Part shown: in pieces, positions 32,076 through 46,400 of the stretch | How the letters are laid out: the number at the start of each line of letters is the position of its first letter | Numbering within the stretch: position 1 is the stretch's first letter | Origin: Veleropilina oligotropha | Lineage: Eukaryota | DNA length: 64,000 nucleotides | Assembly: GCA_048128005.1 (NCBI GenBank) | Contig: JBEUKZ010000126.1 | Coordinates: 124,001-188,000, forward strand | Direction of reading: 5' to 3' | Notes under the pieces: model-generated | Seen by the model: only the letters and a program-made list of their open reading frames with translations | Database searches by the model: none | Told to the model about the DNA's origin: nothing | Position numbers and translations under genes: made by a program

Positions 32076-34136
32076 TATAGTTTTCTATTACTGAAAGAAA
32101 GCTGAAGTTCTTAGTTTTATGTCTCTTGCTATTTAAATAACCCCATTAAAACCTTGTTCCAACCAATAATTTTGAGGGTACGCATTGGTACCCCAGGATA
32201 ATTGAGGGTACGAAATTTTACCCTCTGGAAAAAACCCTGATATGTCCATATTATGACGAGTGAACAGCCTGGGAAAACACACACTCACCAGCCGACTCTG
32301 GACCAATGAGTGAACAGCCCAGGAAAACATACACTCACCAGCCGAATCTGGACCAATGAGTCTGTTAACTGAACAAAGAATGATCCGCCGAAGATTCAAC
32401 TTACTCCCGTTAGACAGAACAGTCAAGGAAATGAATTCAGAATTTGAGCTTTTGTTCACTCGGTTACTGTTGTTGCCTGTAATTCGTGCACAACAACATA
32501 ATGTGGTGATCATATTATGTAAATTTTCCATGAAATCTGCTCATCAATGTGGATGAGGAAGACTGCCGGAGGGTTGGACGGAAAGATAGTGAACTGAGTA
32601 TATCCCCCTCATAAAAGTTATGGATGCCATAATGAACCGTCATGCTATTATACGTTCTGGTTATCATAGAACATTGAACAAGAGTACAATAATACTGGTA
32701 GATATAGGATTTGAATATGAAAAGCAGTCAAGCCAAAAAATTTAAGTTAAAGAAGTTTAATAAGATAACTAGAGTTGTTATTGTGAGAACAACAGCAGAT
32801 TTATATCCTTTATGAGAAATCAACATGCATTTTGATTATAATACAAGTTTCAATTTTGGATGAGCACTGGTGGCCATCCTAAATATTGGACAGCTTCAAA
32901 TTTTTATGTGATGCAATTTCATGATCGTATGCAACATTAAGATTGAATATATTTGAACAAATAGAACAATAGTTACAGCCCGGACGATTTTCAAAATGGA
33001 GGCCATTTTAATAATGGACGATAATGATTTTAACTTGAGATAAAGACAATTTCGTAGCCTTCCTGAACATTACACCAGTGAAGTTTCCGTGTCAATATGA
33101 CTTCTCATTTTGGAAAAATGATTTTCAAATGGCGTTCATCTTGGACATTTGCGGGTTCCGAAATTTTAAGTGACACCGTCACGAGTAGCTGCACCATTGT
33201 ACTAAGTTGAAGGAATTTGAGCGAAAATTAAAAAGCTGTAACCTGAACAGTAATTGGAAAGGAAATTTTAGGATTTTCAAAATGGTGGCCATATTTAATT
33301 TCAGATGGCTGCGACTTTTGTCATGCAATAATCATAAGCGACTGTACCTTAGTGAGAAGTTGGAAGGAATTAGATTGAGCATTTCTGACGTTATTATCCA
33401 GACAGATATGGGGGGAAAAGTTACGTTTTTTTAAATAGCATTCATATCGGACGCTCACGATATTCGCTTTGGATCAACTAATGTTCGTATCAATTGCGAT
33501 TGTGAAGTTCCTATGTCAACATGACTTAGAATTCTGAACAAGTCAAGTAGCCATAACATCGTGAATGTCGGAAGGCTCCAATTTTTTTAAACTTGAAAGT
33601 CAAATAAACGGGATTAAAGTAAAAATCACATCACAGATGCATAATGATGTGCACGCTTGATACAGTACGGACTTTAATCGAAAACAGATTTTGATCGAGA
33701 ACAGCCAGCCGGACGATCAGATTCACTTTCGTCGGTGGCGCTCACCTCAAAAAGGAAACTGATAAAATGAGGTCATAGTTGAATTATTTAAGAGTTATAA
33801 ATGAGTATGCAGGCAACCTATTGACATAATATTCAATATTCCTAAATTATTAAATATGATGAAATAAATCCAGTTGCAATCTTGCATTTAAGAACAAAAA
33901 GAAATCATTGAGCAATTACAGCAATATATCCATACAGGAACATATCTTTCATGTAATAATGGATACTTCTTATATTGCACCTTTCCGTGAATTCTTGCTC
34001 AAAGCGCTACATCTTCATTATTCTCTGGTTAACGGCCTGTTCTATTCGCAATTCCATCTCAACTCTCTCTGCAGCCGAGCTGCCATTTTGTCGCTTCAGA
34101 CTTGTCATACTGACAATTTCCGTCACTGCCAACCAG

Positions 34137-34715
34137 AGGCCTGTTCAGGATGGATAGCGCTCGCGAGCGACCGCGAGCGCTAGCTTCTGAACAGAGATGC
34201 TCGCCGAAGCGCTCGCGTACCTACTCTGGGAGCTGTTCGCCTGTGTATCAAAGATGGCGCCCAACGCAGTGATAGCGCGGTCTAATTTCGATAAATGTCA
34301 ATTGCACAAAAGTTTACAGTACTTTTGTATCACAAAGCGTTCTTGATGAATACTGGTCAAATAAGGAGTGTAATAATAAAACAAAAATCACAATTACTTG
34401 ATACTATTTAGAAAAAATAGAGCATCGCGCCGAATTGACTACGTATGTAGGCCTACAATGCTTAAATAACTAAAATTGTTTGTAAATAATATTTAGGGGT
34501 ATACACTACTCTAGGGGGGTCATGCATGGTTTCCTGTGCTTTAAATTTTAGTTTTGGTGGATTTTCAAATTATCCGATCATTATTTGTAACAAATCCTAT
34601 TTGTAAATAAAGGTGGCCATTTTGAAAAAGGGCGCTAGCGCTCGCTTCCGTTCAGAATCGTGTTAATCCAAGTACGCAAGCGCTCAAGTGAGCGCTATCC
34701 ATCTTGAACAGGCCT
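34137..34715. mobile_element. PIF/Harbinger-like MITE with 3-bp CAG TSD, nested in a family A SINE
   Basis: 26-bp TIR AGGCCTGTTCA(G/A)GATGGATAGCGCTC with CAG at 34134-34136 and 34716-34718. Removing it restores the SINE's CCAACCAGGTACC. Confidence 0.85.
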
Positions 34716-35430
34716 CAGGTACCTACTTAAATCTCAGATCATCTGAGTGAAACCGAGGCACATGTATGTTAATGCCTTGCCCAAGAGAATTCGCTGGGAT
34801 CGGGGACTGAACCCCAAACCTCTCGCTCTACCACTGAGCCACGGCGACATATGTATCCTGTTGCCATGTACAATATTGAATCTTAAAACGCAGCCGCCAT
34901 GTTTCAGGAATGGAGCATTATATTGACTAGTTCTCCTTTGTTAAGTGAACAATAGGGTGTGAAATCTGGGGCGGGTTGTATAGCAACAGCGCTGGACAGC
35001 GGTTATATAATCGCTATCCAACCGACTCCAGATATCAATTCTGTGCAGTAAATCCAGAATGTTTAAATCCAACTGAAATGACATGACGGTTACATCTCTG
35101 TTAAACATTTGTTATGTTAGCGCATATTTTATAGATTTCCGTAGTAATAGTATTGTCGTAAACACTTATTGTTGCAAACAGAGGATGAAATAACATGCCT
35201 TAAAGTAAATCCAGAATGTTGCAATCCAGCTGAAATGACATCTCTATTATAAACATTCACTACGATAAAGCACATTTTTTTTATTTTATTTTTTTATCAT
35301 CATAAACACTTGTTGTCGCGAACAGAGGATGAAATCCAGGAGTAAATCCAGATTGTTAAAATTCAGCTGAAATGACATCTTTGATAAATTTCGATCACGC
35401 ATAATTTGTACATTCGATCCGACTGTTGCG

Positions 35431-35688
35431 GAGGAGGAATTATGCTTAATGTCCTGTATATTTATAACATCGAGGTTCAAGGCAGGACATGTCCGTGTTA
35501 TCGCGGGAGGAAACCCCGGTCGCCGGGTAAACCCGCCCTCTTCGGCCAGTCACGGACAACTGTGCTTCATAACTTGAACAAATGTGTGCTGCCTCAGCCG
35601 GGGGTCGATCCCACTACTGTTCGCGTCAGCGGAAACAAGCCAGTGAATTTAGAGTGGACACTCTACCCACTGCGCTACCGAAGCGGCC
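35431..35688 (-). mobile_element. SINE family B, full-length
   Basis: Head GGCCGCTTCGGTAGCGCAGTGG..GGATCGACCCC and GGTTTCCTCC core. Confidence 0.8.
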
Positions 35689-36729
35689 TTCCGACTGTTG
35701 CAATAACTTGATTTGCACATTAAAAAATCCAGCGTATCGCTTTTAAATTCCTAATAGTGAATCCATAAGTACAGTTCCACATCCGAACGCAATGCTGTCT
35801 TTGCTTCAACTGATTAAATGTGCTAAAATATGTAAATAAGGTACAGATAGCTTCAATATTAGTGGTCAAATAACCACTGTGATTGTACAACCCATGAAAA
35901 TCATTCATTTCGGGTCAGATTTTACATGAATTATCCGTGAAGGCGCAATTGACACGGAACCAATTATGCTTCTAGTCATTATTAACAACCTAGTGTATCT
36001 TGAAAAGGCGCAAAATGGGTTTTTGGCTGTGTTTTAAGTTGCGGCCTCATCTCCAATCTTGTTAAGGAATGGAGAGTTGCTTGGACATTTCTGTCAACAA
36101 AAGGCTGGGTTCAAAGCACAGGGTGGTGTGCACCCTGAGCTTATCAATGGCTTAAAATGAAGAAATAACCATCAAGATTCCATCTGGTTTATTACTGTTA
36201 AAAACAAGATAATATATGCATAGGTTACCCAATGAGATAAATACATAATCTTTAACATCACAATGTAAGTATTAAATATACGATCATCGAACAAATGACC
36301 ACGTATAGAGGCTATAACTTCTATTTATATCATTGTTATAACATCATTCTATTATTAGTTGCATCACAGGGATCTACTTTCCGACACTAATGATGAGATT
36401 AAAGTTATATCGGTTATATCACTCGGTTTTTGCAGTAAAACAATTTGGCTGTGCACGCCTCGTGGGCTTATCCAATTAGACAACCAAACCACGCGGTATA
36501 CCTTATACATAAATTATAACACACGGGTTATAGAGGATGACATAACATGCTTAATAGAATGAATCAAGTAATATTACATTACATATCATTATTGAATTAG
36601 TTGAAAATTGCATAATGCATTCAATATTTATAAGAAAATGATGGTGATATCACAGGTCATTGATATGTAGTACCGGTATCAGGTTGAAACACTACTACGA
36701 AACACAAACGAATAGCAAGACGATGGCAT

Positions 36730-37080
36730 AGAGTGCGATATATATAGAATGCGATATATATAGAATGCGATATATATAGAATGCGAGATATATATAATGC
36801 GATATATATAGAATGCGATATATATAATGCGATATATATATATAGAATGCGATATATATATAGAATGCGATATATATATATATAGAATGCGATATATATA
36901 GAATGCGATATATATATATATAGAATGCGATATATATAGAATGCGATATATATAGAATGCGATATATATATATAGAATGCGATATATATATTATAATGCG
37001 ATATATATAGAATGCGATATATATATATAGAATGCGATATATATATAGAATGCGATATATATAGAATGCAATATATATAG
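36730..37080. repeat. Compound microsatellite (GAATGCGA(TA)n)n
   Basis: Seen directly. Confidence 0.95.
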
Positions 37081-37475
37081 CACACATGCATTTCAAAGAT
37101 CCTCAATACATATAACAATAATAAACAAATTGTTAAATCTTTAGTAATATGTTTACTAAATCTCAAACTTATATTAAAAGTTTCATAATATGCGTACATG
37201 TAATACCACATACACATAAACAGAAATCATAATTATGTATGTAAAGTTATAGCTTCATATATAATAAAACAGATATATGGTTAAAATATCAATAAATTAT
37301 AAACAAATTAGACTAAAAATAAATATGATGCCCAACCTAAAATTTAAAATGCTGACTTGTTATCGACATATTTCAATATCATAATCACGTTATACAGTAT
37401 TGGTTAAAATTATATACATTTGTTACATTATACAAATATTATACGGTATATATTACATAAATTGCTTGCGACAAA

Positions 37476-40400
37476 TCAAAGCTTTGCATTTTCCGAGGAA
37501 GTCATTCCAGACAAGTTATACCAAACCTTTTTGGAAGTGAATCTACAAAGAAAATGAAATTTGATTACTTGCTTTCCTGGGCATCGTGAGTAATCGAGAC
37601 AAAAATTCAATCATGACTTAATTACGGTCTATTTGTGAAAGGCAATACTGAACAAAAATACAAGTGTCCAAAACCATTACACTAAAATTTACCTCCATGC
37701 TATCTGGACTTTAGAGTATGTGGCATCGGTGGGTTAAGTACTCAATCGAGGCTGTTAGGTGGGCCCAAGTTCGAGTGGCTTATACATAGGTATGATGGCA
37801 TTATTACAAGACTTAGTGGTTCATGAATGACAAAGCTGTTTCTCCACTTGATAGCGCTACTAGAACAAATTGTGTGCGATATTTAAGTACTCACCTGGAG
37901 TATGTGTTATCGAATATCAGGGTGTAAATCCCAGTCCGTTTGGCAGTGAGTTCTCCCTCCACGATTTGTTTGTGCGAGTCGCATTTGCAGGTGGGGATCA
38001 GCGCCTGAGCCTCGTTAATGGGGTCAGACTCGTTCTCACGAAATGTCAAACTGAAGGAAATGTCCTGTAAGATCAAGGAACGCACATGAGGAACGCTATT
38101 TTACAGAGTTTGGTTAGGATCCAAGGTTAATGTCCTGATTTTAACAACACGTCAGTTTCATACCAAGACATGTCCATATTATTACGGAAAAAATGCCTGG
38201 TCCCCAGGAAAACCCCCATTCTCCGGCCAGTTATGGACAACTGTGACTGTTAACTGTACAGAGAATGGCCAACGGAGGTTCGATCGCACTTCTGTTAGAC
38301 AGACTCAGTCAGCCCCTACTTGACAGGACATTATTAATATACAGAAACAATACAGCTGTAATGTACATTACATGTGTCTATTGGTCTCATATCAGCCAGC
38401 ACTCTTTCTGAACACACAACCGTATTATGCTAATGATATCCTTGCAGATACGGTAAGTGATAGCATGTCCTGTATATTTACAGACATCAGGTGCAAGGCA
38501 GGACATGTTCATATTATTCCGAGAGGAAAGCCCGGTCGCACGTGTAAACCCGCCCTCTCCGGCCAGTTATGAGCAACGGTGATTGATACCTGTTCAGAAC
38601 AGAGAATGTTAACGTTAATTCCTCAACCGTGATTTGAACCCACTAGCACAATGGAGCCAGTGATTTCAGAGTTGACACTCGATACAACACGACTACCGGA
38701 GCAGCCTACGGTAAGTGATAGAATAGTTAATGAAATATTAATTGATATAAATACAGCAGACATCACAAACGGCTGTGCAGCACATTTTTTAGGAATCAAG
38801 TCTTCCTCAGATCCCAAGTGCTGCTGACTAAAGAATGCTTAGCATTTTAAGAATATCTACCTTGGGTTGACTGGAAAACTCCCATCCCAGAACGGTGTTG
38901 ACCTTTCTGATTTTGATCGGAACGGAGAAGGATTTTCCTGGTCTCAAAGTGATCTCGTTGTGCGTGTTAACGTAGCCCTTCTCCAACTCCTCTTCAGTGA
39001 TAAGGACTGATGAATACATGCTGGAAAATAGAAAGAAGAGCTAAATTATTACGACAGATGAATACATGCTGGAAAATAGAGAGAAGAGCTAACAAACATT
39101 GCTGTGCCATCTACGAAGAAACCTGGCCGCCCTAAGAAAACATGGCAAGAGACAATCAAAAATGACTGTGAGCCATGGGGGAGGACTGACACTGATCCCC
39201 ATGATCGTGTTGCCTGGAGAAGAGAGCTGCGTGCTGCCAAGAACAGTCCAACTCCACGTGTGGAAAATGAGACGTAAATCCGGATAGTGAGTGAGTGAGT
39301 GTAAGTTATGATGATGGATGAATACATGCTGGACTAGAAATGTGTCCATCGGACACGGATGCCCCCACTGGCAGCCTTGATCATAAGGGCAGTGTACAAA
39401 GTATCAAGTCAATCCATCCATGAAGGCAAATAGAAGTTATAGCAGATTGGAGTTGCTTACACGCAAATACTGGTTTCGGGACAGATGGGACGGGATGGGA
39501 CGGACGGACGGACGGGACGGACAAGAGTAAATCTAAATGACACCCCAATAAATTGGTGGTGGCATAAAAATAGAAAGAAGAGCTAAATTATTATGACAGA
39601 TGAATACATGCTGGAAAATAGAGACATTCTGATGATGCTACAAAATGAACAGAAAGACTTTATGAGTTAGTTTTTATGAAAGATGATTACATGCTAATGT
39701 ATTTTGACGGATGGCAACATGCTGAAAAATTGAAATAAGAGCTAATATAAGTTTTTATGATGGAATAGTACATGCTACAATATATACAGATCAACAGTGC
39801 TATACATAATGATGATAACATTCAAAGAGAGTACAAACGTGATGAATTGATTTAGCCATTCCTGTGTGGCCCGTTTTTTATCTCTGCGTGGAATTGTTTG
39901 AAACACAAATTTTAAATACATGATTCTACGGGAGCCTTGTACAGGGACGGATATGTATACTGGAGTCGCACACGAAGGATATGTATACTGGAGTCGCACA
40001 CGAAGGATATGTATACTGGAGTCGCACACGAAGGATATGTATACTGGACTCGCACACGAAGGATATGTATACTGGAGTCGCACACGAAGGATATGTATAC
40101 TGGAGTCGCACACGAAGGATATGTATACTGGAGTCGCACACGAAGGATATGTATACTGGAGTCGCACACGAAGGATATGTATACTGGACTCGCACACGAA
40201 GGATATGTATACTGGAGTCGCACACGAAGGATATGTATACTGGAGTCGCACACGAAGGATATGTATACTGGAGTCGCACACGAAGGATATGTATACTGGA
40301 GTCACACACGAAGGATATGTATACTGGAGTCACACACGAAGGATATGTATACTGGAGTCGCACACGAAGGATATGTATACTGGAGTCACACACGAAGGAT

Positions 40401-43400
40401 ATGTATACTGGAGTCACACAAGAAGGATATGTATACTGGAGTCGCACACGAAGGATATGTATACTGGAGTCGCACACGAAGGATATGTATACTGGAGTCG
40501 CACACAAAGGATATGTATACTGGAGTCGCACACGAAGGATATGTATACTGGAGTCGCACACGAAGGATATGTATACTGGAGTCACACACGAAGGATATGT
40601 ATACTGGAGTCACACACGAAGGATATGTATACTGGAGTCGCACACGAAGGGTATGTATACTGGAGTCGCACACGAAGGATATGTATACTGGAGTCGCACA
40701 CAAAGGATATGTATACTGGAGTCGCACACGAAGGATATGTATACTGGAGTCGCACACGAAGGGTTAAAGCTCCAAATTCACATTGATTGACTGCTCTGAT
40801 TGAAAGAATTGGGTTTGCATCCTGGCCGGTCACTTTGTTAATAAAACAGTCTCAGTTGCCCATAACTGGCTGTGTTTTCTTGTGCGACAGGGCTTCCCTA
40901 CGTTGATAATATGGACATGAAGTGAATTAAAAAGGGATGATAAATAGAGGATATCGAACGAGTGTCCATTTCATATGAGAATTATGAAACGAGTTGGGCA
41001 CAATTTATGTACCGAGCCTTGGCGAGGTACATAAATTTGCTGACGAGTTTCATAATTCTCATATGAAATGGACACAAGTTTCATATCTTCTTTATCACAT
41101 GACTTTATTTACCTTTAAACTTATTTTATTGCGTTTTTAAACGCATTTCTTTACGCTTTAAAACTAATTTCTGTCAGTACTTTCAGCCATAAATTGCCAT
41201 TGCCTCAGACGCATCACGCAGCGAAAGCACGCGCCACGCCAGTACGCCAATAAAAAATAGTTCAACGTTTGTAATCGACGAGTCAACGCATATGAATTAT
41301 TCAATATGTTAATGAGGGTGATACGCCGCCTAATCAACTTGGCGCCAGATGCGATGATCGGCCGTCATGTTCGCCCTCATTTGCATACTTATGGGACGTG
41401 TCTTTTTTATTGAAATTTATGGAACGGTTTGAACCGTGCCATAACAGCTTTGTCATGTGATAAACATCGCTTCAAACCTAACCAAGCTATTCCACAATCA
41501 TTACACCAACCCACGGCACCTCGTTTGAACATTTATAATTTATGTCTGAGAATGCATGACAGAACCGATTCTTTCAAATGTACGTTTTCATAGTCATGGT
41601 TGTCTGTTAATTGTCAGCTGTTCTGAGTATGTTTTACTTGAACTGATGATTGCAGTTTCAGGAGATCCTTCCACCAAAAGACACGTCCACAGAGTCATCA
41701 TAGTCACGTACATGGACTATAAACACCAAAACAAATACTTTATAAAAATTCCATGACAAGTTTTCACCTAGACAAATGGAAGAAATGGACTTGCATGAAA
41801 ATATTCGTAATGAAGAACAGGCGACTTTTACATGTACATAAATATTTCCAGCATCATTGTGTTCTGTAAGATTAACTGACCTGTTTTCGTACTGAGGGAA
41901 CCGGTCGGAAATGGTCAGCGATCGGGTGATTTCCTCCTCAGTTACTACGTGGAACACCTCCTCACTGTCGTCGGAAGTGGCGATGCTGTTCAGTTGCTCA
42001 ATGGGGTCCGTGGAGGCGCGGTCACGTCGGTCGCCACTACACAGGCAGAAGTAACGAACAAGCATAAATATGTTGCAGTACCCGTCACACTGACATCACC
42101 CGTCTAACCACTAAATATTAAAGGAATTGCGAATAATCATAACGTAGGCAAAATTTGGCTTTACTACAATTTCTATCAAATATTTGATGTGTAAAGTTTG
42201 CGGGACTGTCTGAATTGAAATGAGTTGACTTAACCTTTTATTAAAGTTATAGAATATACATATTCTTGGGTTCTACAAGTCACAGATAGAGGTCGCTTGC
42301 TTGGAGAGATACATTACAGTTATAGCAACCCATTGTGTCCTCGATAGCTCAACTGGTTAGAGTGTCGGAAAAAAAGTTATGTGGGATGATAAGATGTGGG
42401 TTCAAGCCTGCTCTGGCCTATAGCTAGCTGGCATATTCTAAGGCTTAAAACTAATAGATGGCATATCCCTAATGTACATGTATGTCGGTCAGATCGGAGC
42501 GAGACCTTCAACCAGGTGTCCCGACCACGTTAAGGCTGAAAAATTGCCAAAGGGGTCGTAAAACAAAGTTCTCAACACTACATTGTGTGATAATTGATTA
42601 CATATCAGAACATGACTTCACGACACATCTTTCGAAGCTAATTATAATTCAAGACATTTTGGAGCTGCAAGTCATGGACTCTCTGTATGAATTTATTGAG
42701 AATATAATCCTGGCGCAAATAATAACAGAAGATGCATTATAACTAAACAGCCAGAACCTATAATATCTTCGCAAATCCTTTAAATATCTGGTCTATCACA
42801 CACAAGAGATTATATTATAATTGTAAAGGTACCCAACAGCCATGAAAAAACTTACAACATGATGGAAGTCGCCACCAGTCCAAGCTTATCCTCATCCAAG
42901 TCACTGGACACTGGTATTTCAGAATCAGCGGCGCCTCTTCCTGTGGTGTCCGGTTCAACATCCGTGCTGACGGAGATCCCTGATTGGTTATTGGACACGT
43001 CGCTTAGCTCTGATTGGCTTAAAGACACGTCACTGATGCTGACGTCTAATGATGAGACGGTTGATGGCTGGATCGATGCAGGACGATCTTCGATACTGAC
43101 TGCGGTGGTGTTTAAACCTAAAATATTTATATATGCATATGAATTTCACTGATCACCACGGTGACTGTAAATAGTGCTTCTTTGCATAATAGCATATTCT
43201 ACACTTATTCTAACGGACTAAACTCTTATGTGTTTACATTCATAAATATTTATGCCAATTACTCATTCCTAACAACTCTTGCTTCGATAGCATTCATGAG
43301 ATAGTGTGTGATTGTAAATGACTGCATTGATTTATCAAAAAAATAGTCACAGACCTTCCATGTGACCGAAATTATCAAATAAAAACTTGACGAAGTCACA

Positions 43401-46400
43401 CCATCCTCGTGACCGAAATTATCAAATAAAAACATTATCATCTAACAAGAGCTAAAGCTCGAAATGGCTCGCATGTGTGGAACTGTGCATCAATCACTTA
43501 TATTTCATGAGTATTGTGTCTACATTCAAAAGTAGATGACATTGTCAATTTGAAATATTTCAACTCTAGGGTTAGATGACAATGAAATAGTGATATCTGA
43601 CAAAGGAAGATGCCAAAGTATGCATATTGTTGCATATATAGCATGCTTGATAAACTTTAACGAAAATGTCTAAGTCCAAAAGCAGCATTTTATGGTAAAA
43701 TTTGAATTAAACTAGACTTATCACAGAAGTGATCATATGCCCCCACAAAAGCACTTGACCCATGAACAAGCTGTCGCAAAAAACAGGACATTGAGTAAAT
43801 ATCGATCCAGAGCATATACTGAATCGCAATATACCTGTGATGCTGCTGGTTGCTGAACTTCCAGAAGCAAGAGGTCGAATGGTGTGTGCAATCGTCACGG
43901 GAGCAATCTCCACACTCAGCCCCTCTTCATCGCTCTCGTTGCCTAGCAACGATGTGTCAGACTCCTTCGCCATCTCCATATTCCACTGGTAGCAGCTGTT
44001 ACACACGCGAGACTTCTTGCTGGAAAAAACAACACAGGAAAAAAATTAATACTGGGAAAACATTTGATAGTTGATATTTATTAGATATACTTAGATATAT
44101 ATAGATATATATTATACGTAGTTCTTTAAAGAGACTATTGCCCGTAAATGCGCTCTTTCTTTTTTAAAAAGAAAACTAACAGCATTAAACTTTTTGTTTA
44201 TAACATAAAAAGTTAGGAATTTTCAACACTCAACTTTAGTCAGTAATTTGCTACCGTTTATATTAATCGCTACTGAATATTTAAAAATAATAAAACGTGG
44301 TCCGCGTTTAATTACCTCGCACAGAGTTCATTTCCAATTGACCTAGTTGGAGCACAGCTGCGTTGGTTTCTGCTGGTCAAGTAAGATAGCTTTCTACTTG
44401 ACAATAACATATGTTGCCCAGATACAATAATAATTTCAATAAAAGTCTATCAAATGATCATATATCGATCATATCTTCGCGAAATGTGTATCAATCTGCG
44501 CGAACCGGGCGATAAATGGTGTCAGGACAATTCGTTCCAGAGACAACTCGTGCGAAAGAGCGCATTTACGGGCAATAGTCTCTTTAAAAAGCATCATTCA
44601 AATCCATCTGTAGTCATGAATGAAAAACAGACTGTGAAAAGTAGAGATCAGGCAACAGTTTGTCTGCAGATATAATGTAAGTTCATAGCATAGAAATAAG
44701 GTTTTCAAAGCACTATGCAAAGAAGTTACCTGCTATGTGCGGTCAAGATCCAGTTATTGGAACAGTTGTAGCAAAATATCCGACCACACAGACGACAATG
44801 ATGCTGAAAGAAAATAAAATTTACACATATTAATGATGATAAATAATGATTCAATCATGTCGATAAAGGAAGCTGCGCTTGCCTTTAAAATAATCCTCAT
44901 TCGTTGCAATCAGCTCGGAGACCTTGTCAAGTTAACAGTTACAATTATCCGTACTTGTCCGAGGCAGGTGGTTTTAATGGATAAACGACGATAAATTAAT
45001 ATCAAAACATGTTTCATATATATTATCACATTGTGTAAAATTGGACAATAAACACATTTCTCTACCGTAAACAGTGATATTTTGTTTCGTTAACTAACAG
45101 TCAAATTAATTAATTGAGATATTTTATTGTCATGAACAAAACCATAGTTCTTGATTGAAGATTAATCTCCCAATTTTATAACATTTCCTTTAAAGAAATT
45201 TTGATCTCGGTACAGCCTTACTTTATCGCAGAGTAGAGTCAGGAAAATTTCAGACAAGACACATAGATTGCTTTCTGTGAAATTCTTACTTTTCTAACAG
45301 TAAACGTGAACTCAGTTCTGCAGTTCATGCACTGGGAAACTTTCTCATCTTCCATCCATTTCTCGGCTGCTTGAACTTTTTGATGAAATTGCAGTGAATC
45401 TGTTTTCTGCCAAAGTGTATCTTTTTGTCTGTGAAGATGAAGTTACACATCATTACAGGACAGAAATCTGAATGATACCAAAATTATTGCATGCTACAAA
45501 AATATGACAAGATTGGATACATGTTAAAAAAAATCACAGTTGTTTAATATGAATAAAATAGAAAGGTACAACATGTCATATATGTTACAAAATATCCCAT
45601 TTATTTAAACTCTATCTTAATTTTTTTAAATGGGTGCCATTGTTCCAGTTAATAGCCCAGCAATGTGATTAACTCTGGTCGTGACTAGGAGCTGGGCAGT
45701 GACAATGGAATTGACATGTTGCCAACACCATTTCAATGGAATTAAGAGTCGATTCTCATATCACATTCGATGGGCTAATATCACTTTTCCAATTACATGT
45801 TTTATGGGTTACAGCTTGCAGTGTTGTTATGTGACCAAGACTGCTTAATGAGCAGTCGAAACGTAATGCTATTTCATCCCAAAAGAAGAAAGATCTATAT
45901 TGCATGCACTTGAGAGGAATATTAACTAGACGCTCAGTCACGAGTGACCGCATATGTATCCCCCGGTAATGACCTGTCTAGAGCGATGACAAGGAATTAT
46001 GCTTTAAAACCCAAGATGGCGGCCATAGCGGCCATCTTGGAGGTTGGACCACACCCAAAATATATAGGTGTCGTGTCCCCACCCAAAACAATGCACATAC
46101 CAAATTTTAAAACATTCCGTTAAGAAACTAGAGCAATCACAAGCAATTATGGTGGTCGTGGTGGCCATCTTGAAGGGCAGACCACACCCAAAATATATGT
46201 CGTTTTGTGCTTACTCGTAATGATACTTGCAAAGATAGAATTATTTTTTTTAAGTTGGTTTCTTAAAAAAAAAATTCTACAAATTTCATTAATATATATA
46301 CATATGGCCACTCTGAATCGAATGCCCCAAATTTCAGGTTTATACACCACGTGGGTCTCGAGTTCTGGAATTTTTAAGAAAAATGTGGTGGCAATTTTGT

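Noticed and set aside
39949..40760. 28-bp repeat array as a CRISPR array, or its long ORFs as genes
   Set aside because: Units are head-to-tail with no unique spacers, no cas genes are present, and it lies in a eukaryotic intron; the ORFs are artefacts of a stop-poor repeat.
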